Position numbers and translations under genes: made by a program. From Candidatus Doudnabacteria bacterium (GTDB lineage Bacteria > Patescibacteriota > Doudnabacteria > UBA920 > O2-02-FULL-48-8), in NCBI GenBank assembly GCA_016198045.1, contig JACQJI010000024.1, positions 1 to 35,494 on the forward strand: a stretch of 35,494 bases of DNA, read 5' to 3'. The first letter of the stretch is position 1; every line of letters begins with the position of its first letter. Positions 1 through 8,133 of the stretch are shown here, piece by piece. The notes beneath the pieces are model-generated. The model made no database searches, had not been told where the DNA came from, and was given only the letters and a program-made list of their open reading frames with translations.

Positions 1-115
1 ATTAGAATTTCCCTCCCCTTGAAAGGGGAGGGAACAAGGGTGGGGTAGATGCTAAGGGTCGAGGGGTCCCCCTCACCCCCGGTTCCTCTCCCCTCCGGGA
101 GAGGGGTGTTCTATT
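1..115. repeat. GC-rich polypurine/polypyrimidine multi-hairpin intergenic repeat, copy A (copy B at 27299-27405)
   Basis: Hairpins TCCCTCCCC-N6-GGGGAGGGA (10-33) and CCTCTCCC-CTCC-GGGAGAGG (85-104). The first ~50 nt are nearly identical to 27299-27350. It lies directly upstream of pilB. Confidence 0.7.
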
Positions 116-147
116 TTGAAGTAAAACAGACGAAACCAAAAGAAAAC

Positions 148-1896
148 ATGAGTTTAGACCTACAGGAATTGAAGCGGGCGGTGGTGGGTAAAAAAATCGT
201 CACAGCTAAGGTCTGGGACGATTTGGTGAAGGAAGCCACGGATAAAAAACAGGCGGTGGAGCAGCTGCTGATCGACAAAAAGATTTTGGACGAAGAAAAA
301 CTGGCCCAGCTCGCCGCTGGGTTTTTGGATGCCCAGTATGCTGATCTCAAAAATGTCGGCCAAATCCCCAAGGAGGTTTTGTTGCTGGTGCCGGAGCCGA
401 TCGCCCGAAGGCATGGAGTAATTGCCTTTGGCAAAGAAAAAAATACCCTCAAACTGGCCATGCTTGATCCCAACGACCTGGAGACCAGGGATGCCATCAA
501 GAAAAAAACCGATTTGGTAGTTGAGCCGTTTTTAGTTTCCAAAAGCTCGCTGGACTGGGGATTGAAGCAGTATCACACCTCGCTGGAAGCTGAATTTGCC
601 AAAATCGTTTCCCAACCGCCAAAGGAAGGCGAGGGCGAAAAAGACGAAGTCACTCAGAAGCTTAAGGAGATGGCAGAAGAAATCCCGGTGGTGCGCGTGG
701 TGGACACGCTTTTGGAATACGCCATTTTGGAAAAAGCCTCAGACATTCACATCGAACCGCACGAAAAAGACGTCATTGTCCGCTACCGCATTGACGGCGT
801 GCTGCACGAAGTCATGACCCTGCCCAAAGTTATCCAACCGGCGCTGGTCGCCCGGATCAAAGTCATTGCCAACCTCAAGATCGACGAGCACCGCCTGCCC
901 CAGGACGGCCGGCTGAAGGTGGAAAAAGACGACTACAAAATTTCCATTCGCGTTTCCACCATTCCGGTGTTTGACGGCGAGAAGGTAGTCATGCGTTTGC
1001 TGGATGAGTCGGCCAAAGCCATGACTTTGGAAGAACTGGGATTCATTCATCGAAATTACGACACTATAATCAGGAACGTCAAAAAGCCTCATGGCGCCCT
1101 GCTGGTTACGGGACCCACTGGCAGCGGCAAATCCACCACGCTCTACACGATTATTTCCATGTTGAACACCAAAGGAGTCAATATCTCCACGATCGAGGAT
1201 CCGATTGAATACCATGTGCCAGGGGTCAACCAGATGCAAGTTAATCCCAAAATCGGATTGACTTTTGCCGTGGGGCTTCGGGCATTGCTTCGGCAAGACC
1301 CCAACGTCATCATGATCGGCGAAATTCGCGACCGTGAGACAGCCGAAGAGGCAGTGCACGCGGCACTCACCGGCCACGTGGTTCTGGCCACGCTTCATAC
1401 CAACAACGCCGGTGGGGCGCTGCCCAGGCTGTTGGATATCGGGGTCGAACCGTACCTGATCGCTTCCACGGTCAACGCGGTCGTGGGCCAGAGGTTGACC
1501 CGCCAGATTTGCCAGGACTGCAAAGAGGAAATGCATATTGACGAAGAGTACGAAGCAAGCTTGCGGAAAGAATACAACATTGACCATTTGTTGGAAATCA
1601 TGAAGCGCGAGGGGTTTATAGAGAAGAAAGCCAAGTCCTTAGCGGAGCTGACTTTCTACAAAGGCCGCGGCTGCGACAAGTGCGGCCAAAGCGGATACCG
1701 GACTCGCAAAGGAATTTTTGAAGTCTTGGAAGTCACTCCCGAAATCCAAGACCTGATCCTTAAGCACGCCCCGACTTCGCAAATCCAGGACAAGGCTGTG
1801 GAACAGGGCATGATTTTGATGTGGGAGGACGGATTTATCAAGGCTATCCAGGGCAAAACCACGATCGACGAGGTGATTAGAGTAAGTAAGGAATAA
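148..1896 (+). CDS. pilB: Type IV pilus assembly ATPase PilB (GspE family)
   Basis: Walker A VTGPTGSGKSTT, a GspE N-terminal domain, and a tetracysteine CQDC...CDKC. Start moved to ATG 148 (MSLDLQEL) because 49-147 only translates the upstream hairpin repeat. Confidence 0.9.
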   Translation: MSLDLQELKRAVVGKKIVTAKVWDDLVKEATDKKQAVEQLLIDKKILDEEKLAQLAAGFLDAQYADLKNVGQIPKEVLLLVPEPIARRHGVIAFGKEKNTLKLAMLDPNDLETRDAIKKKTDLVVEPFLVSKSSLDWGLKQYHTSLEAEFAKIVSQPPKEGEGEKDEVTQKLKEMAEEIPVVRVVDTLLEYAILEKASDIHIEPHEKDVIVRYRIDGVLHEVMTLPKVIQPALVARIKVIANLKIDEHRLPQDGRLKVEKDDYKISIRVSTIPVFDGEKVVMRLLDESAKAMTLEELGFIHRNYDTIIRNVKKPHGALLVTGPTGSGKSTTLYTIISMLNTKGVNISTIEDPIEYHVPGVNQMQVNPKIGLTFAVGLRALLRQDPNVIMIGEIRDRETAEEAVHAALTGHVVLATLHTNNAGGALPRLLDIGVEPYLIASTVNAVVGQRLTRQICQDCKEEMHIDEEYEASLRKEYNIDHLLEIMKREGFIEKKAKSLAELTFYKGRGCDKCGQSGYRTRKGIFEVLEVTPEIQDLILKHAPTSQIQDKAVEQGMILMWEDGFIKAIQGKTTIDEVIRVSKE

Positions 1897-1899
1897 CGA

Positions 1900-1927
1900 G
1901 GTTATAGATGATAGGTTATAGTTGATA
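1900..1927. repeat. Tandem heptamer/14-mer array (GGTTATAGATGATA / GGTTATAGTTGATA)
   Basis: Two 14-nt units matching at 13/14 positions in the pilB-pilC spacer. Stop codons occur in all frames. Confidence 0.6.
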
Positions 1928-1941
1928 GTAAGTTAAACTAA

Positions 1942-3156
1942 ATGCCAGAATATACATACACGGCTAGGAATAAATTGGGCGCTTCAGAGCACGACGTCAT
2001 GTCTGCCCTAAACGAGCATTCGGTGGCGGAGGCGCTGCGCGCGCGCGGCCTGAGCCCCACGGCCATTTCCGCGGTGAGGAAGTCTTTTGATATCCATGAT
2101 CTGCTGGAGGCAATAACTACCATTAAACTGATCGACAAGATCACGTTTATCAAAAATCTCTCGGTGATGCTGAGGGCCGGCTTGCCGGCGGCGCGATGCT
2201 TAAAGATTTTATCCGCCCAAACCACCAATCCCAAATTCGCCAAAATTATTTCAGAACTAGGAAGAAGCGTGGAAGGCGGCACAACCCTAGCCGATGCCAT
2301 GGCCAAGTATCCGCGAGTCTTTTCTCCAATTTTCGTCAGCATGGTCCGGGTTGGCGAAGTTTCGGGAAACTTGGAAAAAAATCTATTATATCTGTCTGAG
2401 CAGATGCAGCGCGACTATGACTTGATTTCCAAAGCGCGGGGAGCTTTGACTTATCCGATTATTGTCATGGTCGCCTTGGCGATTGTCGGATTTTTGATGT
2501 TTACCTTTGTCCTGCCCAAACTGACCGCTACCTTCAACGACTTAAACGTTCAGCTGCCCCTGATGACCCGCGTGGTTATGGCGACGGTTGACATTTTTGC
2601 GCGCTATGGGATTTTGATCTTTGTGCTGTTCCTGCTGATGATTATCGGATTTTTTTATTGGAGAAAGACTGAGAGCGGTAAAAAAATCGTTCACAAACTC
2701 GTATTTTACATCCCCATCAGTTCGCGAATTGTCAAGCAAATCAATCTCGCCAGGTTTGTCCGGACTTTTTCTTCCCTGATCAAAAGCGGCATGCAGATTG
2801 TGGAGGCTCTGGAAGTCTCTTCCCATGTCGTGGGCAACATTTATTATCAGAAAGTCATATCCGACGCCGCAGCCAGAGTGAAAGTGGGCTCGCCGCTGGC
2901 TACCAGCTTCAAAAAACAGCCCAAATTGTTCCCGAATTTAGTCGTGGAAATGATGGAGGTGGGGGAAGAATCGGGGACCACTGACCAAGTGCTGGCGGAA
3001 GTCGCCAATTTTTACGAAACCGAAGTGGACCAGACCATGAAAAACCTTTCTACTATCCTCGAACCAGTGATCATGATGGTCATTGGCGCGGTAGTCGGGC
3101 TTTTGGCCATTGCGCTGGTCACCCCGATTTATAATATTACGCAGAGCATAAATTAG
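1942..3156 (+). CDS. pilC: Type IV pilus platform protein PilC (GspF family)
   Basis: 404 aa polytopic membrane protein with the duplicated GspF-type architecture, immediately downstream of pilB. Confidence 0.9.
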   Translation: MPEYTYTARNKLGASEHDVMSALNEHSVAEALRARGLSPTAISAVRKSFDIHDLLEAITTIKLIDKITFIKNLSVMLRAGLPAARCLKILSAQTTNPKFAKIISELGRSVEGGTTLADAMAKYPRVFSPIFVSMVRVGEVSGNLEKNLLYLSEQMQRDYDLISKARGALTYPIIVMVALAIVGFLMFTFVLPKLTATFNDLNVQLPLMTRVVMATVDIFARYGILIFVLFLLMIIGFFYWRKTESGKKIVHKLVFYIPISSRIVKQINLARFVRTFSSLIKSGMQIVEALEVSSHVVGNIYYQKVISDAAARVKVGSPLATSFKKQPKLFPNLVVEMMEVGEESGTTDQVLAEVANFYETEVDQTMKNLSTILEPVIMMVIGAVVGLLAIALVTPIYNITQSIN

Positions 3157-3158
3157 TC

Positions 3159-3557
3159 ATGAATCACGTATCACGTATCACGGATCAAAAGGGTATTAGC
3201 CTCATTGAAGTCATTGTCAGTATGGGCATAATCCTGGTTTTGTTTATCTTGTATATCGCGGCCCAAAATACGGTGGTGCAGAGCAGGAAGTTGCGGTACG
3301 AAAACCTGGCTTACCATGTCGCCAACAAACAAATGGAAGAACTGAGAGGGACGAGTTTTGCGACTCTGCCGTTGTCCGGGACGATCAGTGACAGTATGCT
3401 TAGCCAGATCCCTTCCGGAAGTGGCAATTTTTCGGTTACGGATTACTCCGGCTTCAGCGGCCTAAAAGAGCTCGTGGTAACAGTGAGTTGGAATGACGGG
3501 GTTAGCAAGCAAATCCAGCTTAAGACCGTGGCCGGAAGCGGAGGAATTAATCCTTAG
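3159..3557 (+). CDS. Prepilin-type pseudopilin (N-terminal cleavage/methylation domain)
   Basis: Leader MNHVSRITDQKG followed by ISLIEVIVSMGIILVLF (class III signal peptide). The leader is encoded by an ATCACGT x3 heptamer array at 3163-3183. Confidence 0.8.
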   Translation: MNHVSRITDQKGISLIEVIVSMGIILVLFILYIAAQNTVVQSRKLRYENLAYHVANKQMEELRGTSFATLPLSGTISDSMLSQIPSGSGNFSVTDYSGFSGLKELVVTVSWNDGVSKQIQLKTVAGSGGINP

Positions 3558-3591
3558 GTATAGAGTATTTGGTATTAGGGTATATGGTATG
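3557..3591. repeat. Left GGTAT-type heptamer array flanking the four-helix-bundle ORF
   Basis: About 5 degenerate heptamers (GAGTATT TGGTATT AGGGTAT ATGGTAT), the reverse-complement word family of the array at 3951-3985. GTATTTGGTATT (3565-3576) is the exact complement of 3951-3962. Confidence 0.55.
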
Positions 3592-4518
3592 ACCAACAGC
3601 ATTAAAAATTTTAGTCAGTTAGTAGTTTGGCAAGAGGCGCATAAGCTGGCTGTTAAAGTGTATGGTTTTACCGATGCTTTTCCCAGACATGAAAAATTTG
3701 GTTTATCCTCACAGCTTCAAAGAGCCGCTGTATCCGTGCCTTCTAATATCGCAGAGGGTTTTAAGAGAGGATCTAGCAAAGAGAAAGTCCAGTTTTATAG
3801 GACAGCGGACGGCTCTTTATCCGAGCTTGAAAGCCAATTGATTCTTGCACGTGACCTCAGTTATTTAAACGAAAGTGCTTACAAAGATTTACTAAGCAAT
3901 ATCAACTCGGTCAACCGTTTATTAAACGCTTTTATAAAAAGCGCATCTAAAATACCAAATACTAAATACCATCTACCAAATACCTCTTCGGGCTTTACCT
4001 TAATAGAAATTATCGTTGTGGTTGCCATGTTCGCCATGACCATGCTGATTTTGGCTGACTTGTTTGTGGGCCAAAACCAAATTTATCGGACTCAAACCGC
4101 GGAGCTCAACGTGACTTCTGACGCCAGAGTGGCTTTGGACGAGGTGGACGCCGCGGTGAGGGCCGCAGACGTGGTGGCAGGGAGCTTCGGCAGCTTCACC
4201 ACCGGCCCGCAAACTTTGGTGTTACAAATTCCTGCCATCAACGCGTCCAACCAGATTATCGCGGCCACTTATGATTATATGGTTTATTACCTAAACGGCA
4301 CTAATTTTTTCCGGCAGATTATCCCAAATGCCGCAAGTTCCCGGTCGGCCCAGACAAAGAAGCTGGCCTCCAATGTCACCGGGTTGCTGTTTAGCTATGA
4401 CAATGCCGATTTGGCAGCGGTCAAACAAGTCGCGACCGATGTCACTGTGCAAGAGACGGCATCGCGCTACACGCGTTCCATCACTCTGTCGTCCAAATCG
4501 AAATTAAGAAACAACTGA
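3589..4518 (+). CDS. Four-helix-bundle protein (TIGR02436 / 23S rRNA IVS / Avd family) fused in frame to a prepilin-type pseudopilin
   Basis: Residues 1-~120 carry WQEAHKL...PSNIAEG...DGSLSELESQL, typical of the four-helix-bundle family. There is no stop; the frame continues through IPNTKYHLPNTSS into G|FTLIEIIVVVAMF (G at 3991). No ATG/GTG/TTG lies between 3951 and 3991 in this frame. Confidence 0.7.
   Translation: MTNSIKNFSQLVVWQEAHKLAVKVYGFTDAFPRHEKFGLSSQLQRAAVSVPSNIAEGFKRGSSKEKVQFYRTADGSLSELESQLILARDLSYLNESAYKDLLSNINSVNRLLNAFIKSASKIPNTKYHLPNTSSGFTLIEIIVVVAMFAMTMLILADLFVGQNQIYRTQTAELNVTSDARVALDEVDAAVRAADVVAGSFGSFTTGPQTLVLQIPAINASNQIIAATYDYMVYYLNGTNFFRQIIPNAASSRSAQTKKLASNVTGLLFSYDNADLAAVKQVATDVTVQETASRYTRSITLSSKSKLRNN
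3951..3985. repeat. Right heptamer array AATACCA AATACTA AATACCA TCTACCA AATACCT
   Basis: Five tandem 7-mers, inverted relative to the array at 3557-3591. Translated as part of the fusion linker. Confidence 0.65.
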
Positions 4519-5882
4519 TGTCACAGAAAGGCCAAATCATAATCATTGCCGCGGTTTTTATGCTCGTGGTGGTCGGGCTTATTTCTTCCCTGGTCGCTTA
4601 TGCCGGGATCCAGATTAAGGGACACCGGCAAGCTGTGGCCCGCGTGCTGGCGCTGAGTATCGCCGAAGCCGGCATTGAACAAGCTATTTGGAAATTAAAC
4701 AGCCAACCAGGCTACAATGGCGAGTCGGGTGTCGCCTACAACGGCGGCGCGTTTGACATTTCGATTACCAATCTTTCCGGCAGCTCCAAGCTTATTCGCG
4801 CCGAAGCGAAAGTGCCCAATAGTTCCAACCCTCGCGGCAAAAGAGTGGTCCAGGCCACCACCACCATTGATACCACCAACATCGCATTCAATTACGGGGT
4901 GCAAATAGGCGAAGGCGGCTTGGAAATGACCAACAGCTCAAGAGTCATCGGAAACGTTTATTCCAACGGCAACATCAATGGAGCTAACAGCGCCAGGATT
5001 CAAGGCACGGCCACGGTGGCCGGGAGCAGTAATGAAATCAGGGAGATGCAGGTTGATGGAAATGCCAATGCTTACTTAGTGGTGAATTCCACCATAGGCG
5101 GCAGTCTTACCACTTACCATTTGTTTGACGGCACAGTGGGCGGCAACGTGGTTGGCACCGCGCTTTCCACCTGCACGATCGGAGGCAATGCCGTTTACGA
5201 TACTATTTTCAACTGTAATGTTGGGGGGAGCAGCACCGCGCCTAATCCCGACGATTTCGTCGCAGCACCCCAGCTGCCGTTGCCCATTACCGATGAGCAG
5301 ATTGACGCTTGGGAAGACGAGGCCGAAGCCGGCGGAGTGATCAGCACCCAAAGCTATTCTTCCGGCAGCCGCAACCTCGGACCGAAAAAAATCAACGGCG
5401 ATTTGATCTTAAGCAACACGGCGCAAGTGGTGGTGACCGGCACCCTTTGGGTTACCGGACAAATCCGTTTAAGCAACAGCGCGATTTTAAGGTTGGACAG
5501 CAGTTACGGCAGTTTAAGCGGGGTGGTCTTGGCGGGAGTTGACGGCAGCAGCAGCGCCGGATACATCGAAGTTGCCAACAGCGCGCAACTGTTGGGATCT
5601 GGGACAGCTGGCAGTTATATCATGCTGCTTTCACAAAGAGTCGGGATAGCCAGCAACGCAATCAGGATGAGCAACGGCTCTGGGGCAGCCATTTTGTACT
5701 CGGGCGAAGGTGTCATAGAGATAAACAACAGCGCCGCGCTAAAAGAGGTTACGGCCTATAAATTGAAAATCACGAACAACGCGACCGTAACGTATGAATC
5801 TGGGCTGGCCAGTGCTCAGTTTTCGTCCGGCCCCGGCGGAGGTTGGGAAATGCTTGATGGGACGTGGCAACTATTACAGTGA
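4518..5882 (+). CDS. PilX-N-like minor pilin / putative tip protein with a beta-helix repeat region
   Basis: N-terminus MSQKGQIIIIAAVFMLVVVGL...SIAEAGIEQAIWKL resembles the PilX N-terminal domain. The middle has G-N-x-x-G/N repeats (GNVYSNGNINGANSARIQGTATVAG, bactofilin-like). The start overlaps the upstream stop (TGATG). Confidence 0.7.
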   Translation: MSQKGQIIIIAAVFMLVVVGLISSLVAYAGIQIKGHRQAVARVLALSIAEAGIEQAIWKLNSQPGYNGESGVAYNGGAFDISITNLSGSSKLIRAEAKVPNSSNPRGKRVVQATTTIDTTNIAFNYGVQIGEGGLEMTNSSRVIGNVYSNGNINGANSARIQGTATVAGSSNEIREMQVDGNANAYLVVNSTIGGSLTTYHLFDGTVGGNVVGTALSTCTIGGNAVYDTIFNCNVGGSSTAPNPDDFVAAPQLPLPITDEQIDAWEDEAEAGGVISTQSYSSGSRNLGPKKINGDLILSNTAQVVVTGTLWVTGQIRLSNSAILRLDSSYGSLSGVVLAGVDGSSSAGYIEVANSAQLLGSGTAGSYIMLLSQRVGIASNAIRMSNGSGAAILYSGEGVIEINNSAALKEVTAYKLKITNNATVTYESGLASAQFSSGPGGGWEMLDGTWQLLQ

Positions 5883-5908
5883 GTAGTTTGTAGTGAGTAG
5901 TGAGTAGC
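5881..5908. repeat. Tandem heptamer array GAGTAGT TTGTAGT GAGTAGT GAGTAGC
   Basis: Four 7-mers starting within the stop codon of the PilX-like gene. Stops occur in all frames. Confidence 0.6.
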
Positions 5909-5917
5909 TGGTATAAT
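5909..5917 (+). promoter_or_regulatory. Extended -10 box TGGTATAAT, 8 nt upstream of the pilM ATG (leaderless candidate)
   Basis: TGnTATAAT at 5909-5917 with the ATG at 5926 and no SD. Confidence 0.4.
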
Positions 5918-5925
5918 ACAAGCAC

Positions 5926-7008
5926 ATGATTTCACTTTTTGGAAACAAAAAAATCCAAGCTTTCGGACTCGATATCTCCGACGCTTCGATCAAAGTCATG
6001 AATCTTAGGCGTAGGGAGCAAAGCCTGATCCCGGACGCTTTTGCCGATCAGCCGCTTCCTCCGAAAATTATCAGCAACCACGTGATTGCCAACGAGCGGC
6101 GGCTCGCGGAGAGCATTACTTACGCCGTCAACAAGGCGGGAAAGCTTGAGACTAAGTACGTAGTCGCTTCGCTGCCCGAAGCCAAATCTTTTGTTCGCTT
6201 GCTCAGCATGGCGGCCATGTCCGATGCGGAAATCGACGGCGCCATCCCCTGGGAACTGGAGCAGGATATTCCCGTTCCTGTGGATCAGGTTTACCTGGAT
6301 TGGGAAGTTGTGGCAAAGACAGGAGACAAGCTAACCGTGCTGGTCGCGGCCACCCAGAAGGATTATGTTGATTCGCTGGTTGAGTCCTTGAAACTTGCTC
6401 ACCTTAGACCCGTAGCTTTGGAGCTGGAATCCCAGGCTGTTGCCCGCTGCGTGGTTGGTTTACAGGAAGCCAAAGAAACGGTGTTGATTTTGGATATTGC
6501 CAGCGTTCAGACCACCTTTATTATCGTGGAAGACGGGGTGCTGAAATACACTTCCAGCATCGGGGTGGCGGGGAACGCGTTGACTGAAAGCATTGCCAGG
6601 AGTTTGGGAATTTCCGCGGCCGAAGCCGAAAAATTAAAAAAGGATACCGGCTTGGTGCTGGAAAGCCGGCGCAATGTGCGTCAAGCGATTTTGCCGATAC
6701 TCGACAACATAATTGACGAGATCAAAAATGTTGCGAGATTTCACGAAGAGCATTCAGCAAGCCGCAAGCCGATTAGTAAAATTTTGCTCTGCGGCGGATC
6801 AGCGCGCTTGGCGGGAGTTGCTGATTATGTCTCGACTCGAGTAAACCTGGGCAGCGGCAAGCCGCTGGGCAAAGTACAGTTGGGCAATCCCTGGAGCAAT
6901 TTGGCCATTACCAAAATTGACAAATCGGTTCCGCAGACCCCGGAGCAGGCCTTAAGCTTTACCACCGCCATTGGTTTGGCGCTGAGAGGAGTGATCCATG
7001 GCAGTTAA
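5926..7008 (+). CDS. pilM: Type IV pilus assembly protein PilM (actin-like ATPase fold)
   Basis: 360 aa with FGLDISDASIKV and the pattern ...LLCGGSARLAGVADYV. Located upstream of pilN/pilO. Confidence 0.9.
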   Translation: MISLFGNKKIQAFGLDISDASIKVMNLRRREQSLIPDAFADQPLPPKIISNHVIANERRLAESITYAVNKAGKLETKYVVASLPEAKSFVRLLSMAAMSDAEIDGAIPWELEQDIPVPVDQVYLDWEVVAKTGDKLTVLVAATQKDYVDSLVESLKLAHLRPVALELESQAVARCVVGLQEAKETVLILDIASVQTTFIIVEDGVLKYTSSIGVAGNALTESIARSLGISAAEAEKLKKDTGLVLESRRNVRQAILPILDNIIDEIKNVARFHEEHSASRKPISKILLCGGSARLAGVADYVSTRVNLGSGKPLGKVQLGNPWSNLAITKIDKSVPQTPEQALSFTTAIGLALRGVIHGS

Positions 7009-7549
7009 CCTGTTACCCAAAATCGAGCAAAAAGATATTCACTTTGAGCTGGCTTATCATCAGCTGACAAATTTTTGGCTCTGGGTGCTGGGCAGCCTGG
7101 TTTTGCTGATAATTATAGGCCAGCTGTCAGCATGGCAGATCAAGAGCTGGATTAAGACAGCGGACGCGGAATTGGCAGCAAGCAGGGAGTCGCTAAACAC
7201 TGCCAGCAACCAAGAGCTCCAGAAGCAAGTTTTGCTTTTAAACCAGGAAATAGCAAACATTGACCAGTTGCGCTCAGCACACTATGCCTGGTCTGACGCC
7301 TTGATTGAACTGGGCAGTATTCTTCCGGCCGACATGGTGGTAGATATTTTGAGCCTCAATCGAGTATCGGGCCAGGTTGACATCACAGGATTTGTCCGGA
7401 ATCGAGAAAGTGTCATCAAATTTTGGTCAGATATGCACAAGGCCAAATATTTTAAGGACATCAATTTCCCGCTTTCCAATCTAGAGCAGCCTCTCGATAC
7501 GCCCTACCAGTTTACTTTTTTTATTAACGAGGAGCAGATCAAGCCGTGA
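6998..7549 (+). CDS. pilN: PilN-like pilus assembly protein
   Basis: MAVNLLPK motif, single TM segment, coiled coil. Overlaps pilM by 11 nt. Confidence 0.85.
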   Translation: MAVNLLPKIEQKDIHFELAYHQLTNFWLWVLGSLVLLIIIGQLSAWQIKSWIKTADAELAASRESLNTASNQELQKQVLLLNQEIANIDQLRSAHYAWSDALIELGSILPADMVVDILSLNRVSGQVDITGFVRNRESVIKFWSDMHKAKYFKDINFPLSNLEQPLDTPYQFTFFINEEQIKP

Positions 7550-8133
7550 CCGCGAAAATAAGATTTACATTACTGCTGGTTGGAGGGCTGTTCATCTGCC
7601 TGGGCGTGTATTTTTTCCTTTTCAAGCCGGTTTTGAATCAATTATCAGCTCAGTCCGAAGTCCTGAGGCAAAAAAATGTCGAAGTGGCTACCATGAGGCA
7701 GCAAATTATCGCTTACAAAAGCGCCCAGACAGATCTCTCCAAAGCCGTGGAGAAAGATCGGATCTTAAATGCGCTTTTGCAGCGGGAAGAGCTGGTTTCC
7801 GCCATTAAAAATTTAGAAAAAGCGGCTTCGGTCACCAAAACTTCCGAAACTTTAAAAATCAACGAACCGGGCGCAGAGCAAGATAACTTACCAGACCCGG
7901 TGGTGGAAGCCGGGGGGTATCTGGGAGAAATTCCTTACCGTGTTTCCACAATCAATGATTTCTTAGGGACTGTCCAGTTTTTGAGGTATTTGGAGCACCT
8001 GCCCCAATTTACCGAAATCGCTCAAATTAATCTTTCTGCCGAAACCGTGGATTCGGATACCCAAGGACGGATATATACCGGAAAAGTATTTGGAACCATT
8101 GATGGCGTATTTTTCGTCAAAACTTCCCCATGA
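7546..8133 (+). CDS. pilO: PilO-like pilus assembly protein
   Basis: GTG start in a GTGA overlap with pilN. N-terminal TM segment, coiled coil, then a C-terminal alpha/beta region. Confidence 0.75.
   Translation: MTAKIRFTLLLVGGLFICLGVYFFLFKPVLNQLSAQSEVLRQKNVEVATMRQQIIAYKSAQTDLSKAVEKDRILNALLQREELVSAIKNLEKAASVTKTSETLKINEPGAEQDNLPDPVVEAGGYLGEIPYRVSTINDFLGTVQFLRYLEHLPQFTEIAQINLSAETVDSDTQGRIYTGKVFGTIDGVFFVKTSP

Noticed and set aside
49-147. N-terminal extension of PilB (MLRVEGSPSPPVPLPSGRGVFYFEVKQ...).
   Set aside because: It is simply the translation of the polypurine hairpin repeat, which also occurs non-coding at 27299-27405. The conserved PilB N-terminus begins at ATG 148.
739-1587. Long antisense or alternative-frame ORFs inside well-supported genes. 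Examples: 739-1587 in pilB, 10765-11319 in guaB, 16656-17207 in purL, 28587-29090 in purH, 13166-13836 in holA, 21579-22025 in purC.
   Set aside because: Their translations are low-complexity (R/G/A/H-rich) with no recognisable motifs. The opposite or other frame carries unmistakable enzyme signatures. These are typical shadow ORFs.
3589-3951. The four-helix-bundle ORF as the Avd component of a diversity-generating retroelement targeting the pilins.
   Set aside because: There is no reverse transcriptase gene, and I saw no ~100-nt template/variable repeat pair in the window. Avd homology alone is insufficient, because the family is mostly non-DGR.
1900-5908. Heptamer arrays, and the 10-nt GATGATTT direct repeat at 33553-33570, as CRISPR arrays.
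   Set aside because: The units are 7-14 nt and directly abutting, with no spacers. There are only 2-5 copies and no cas genes.
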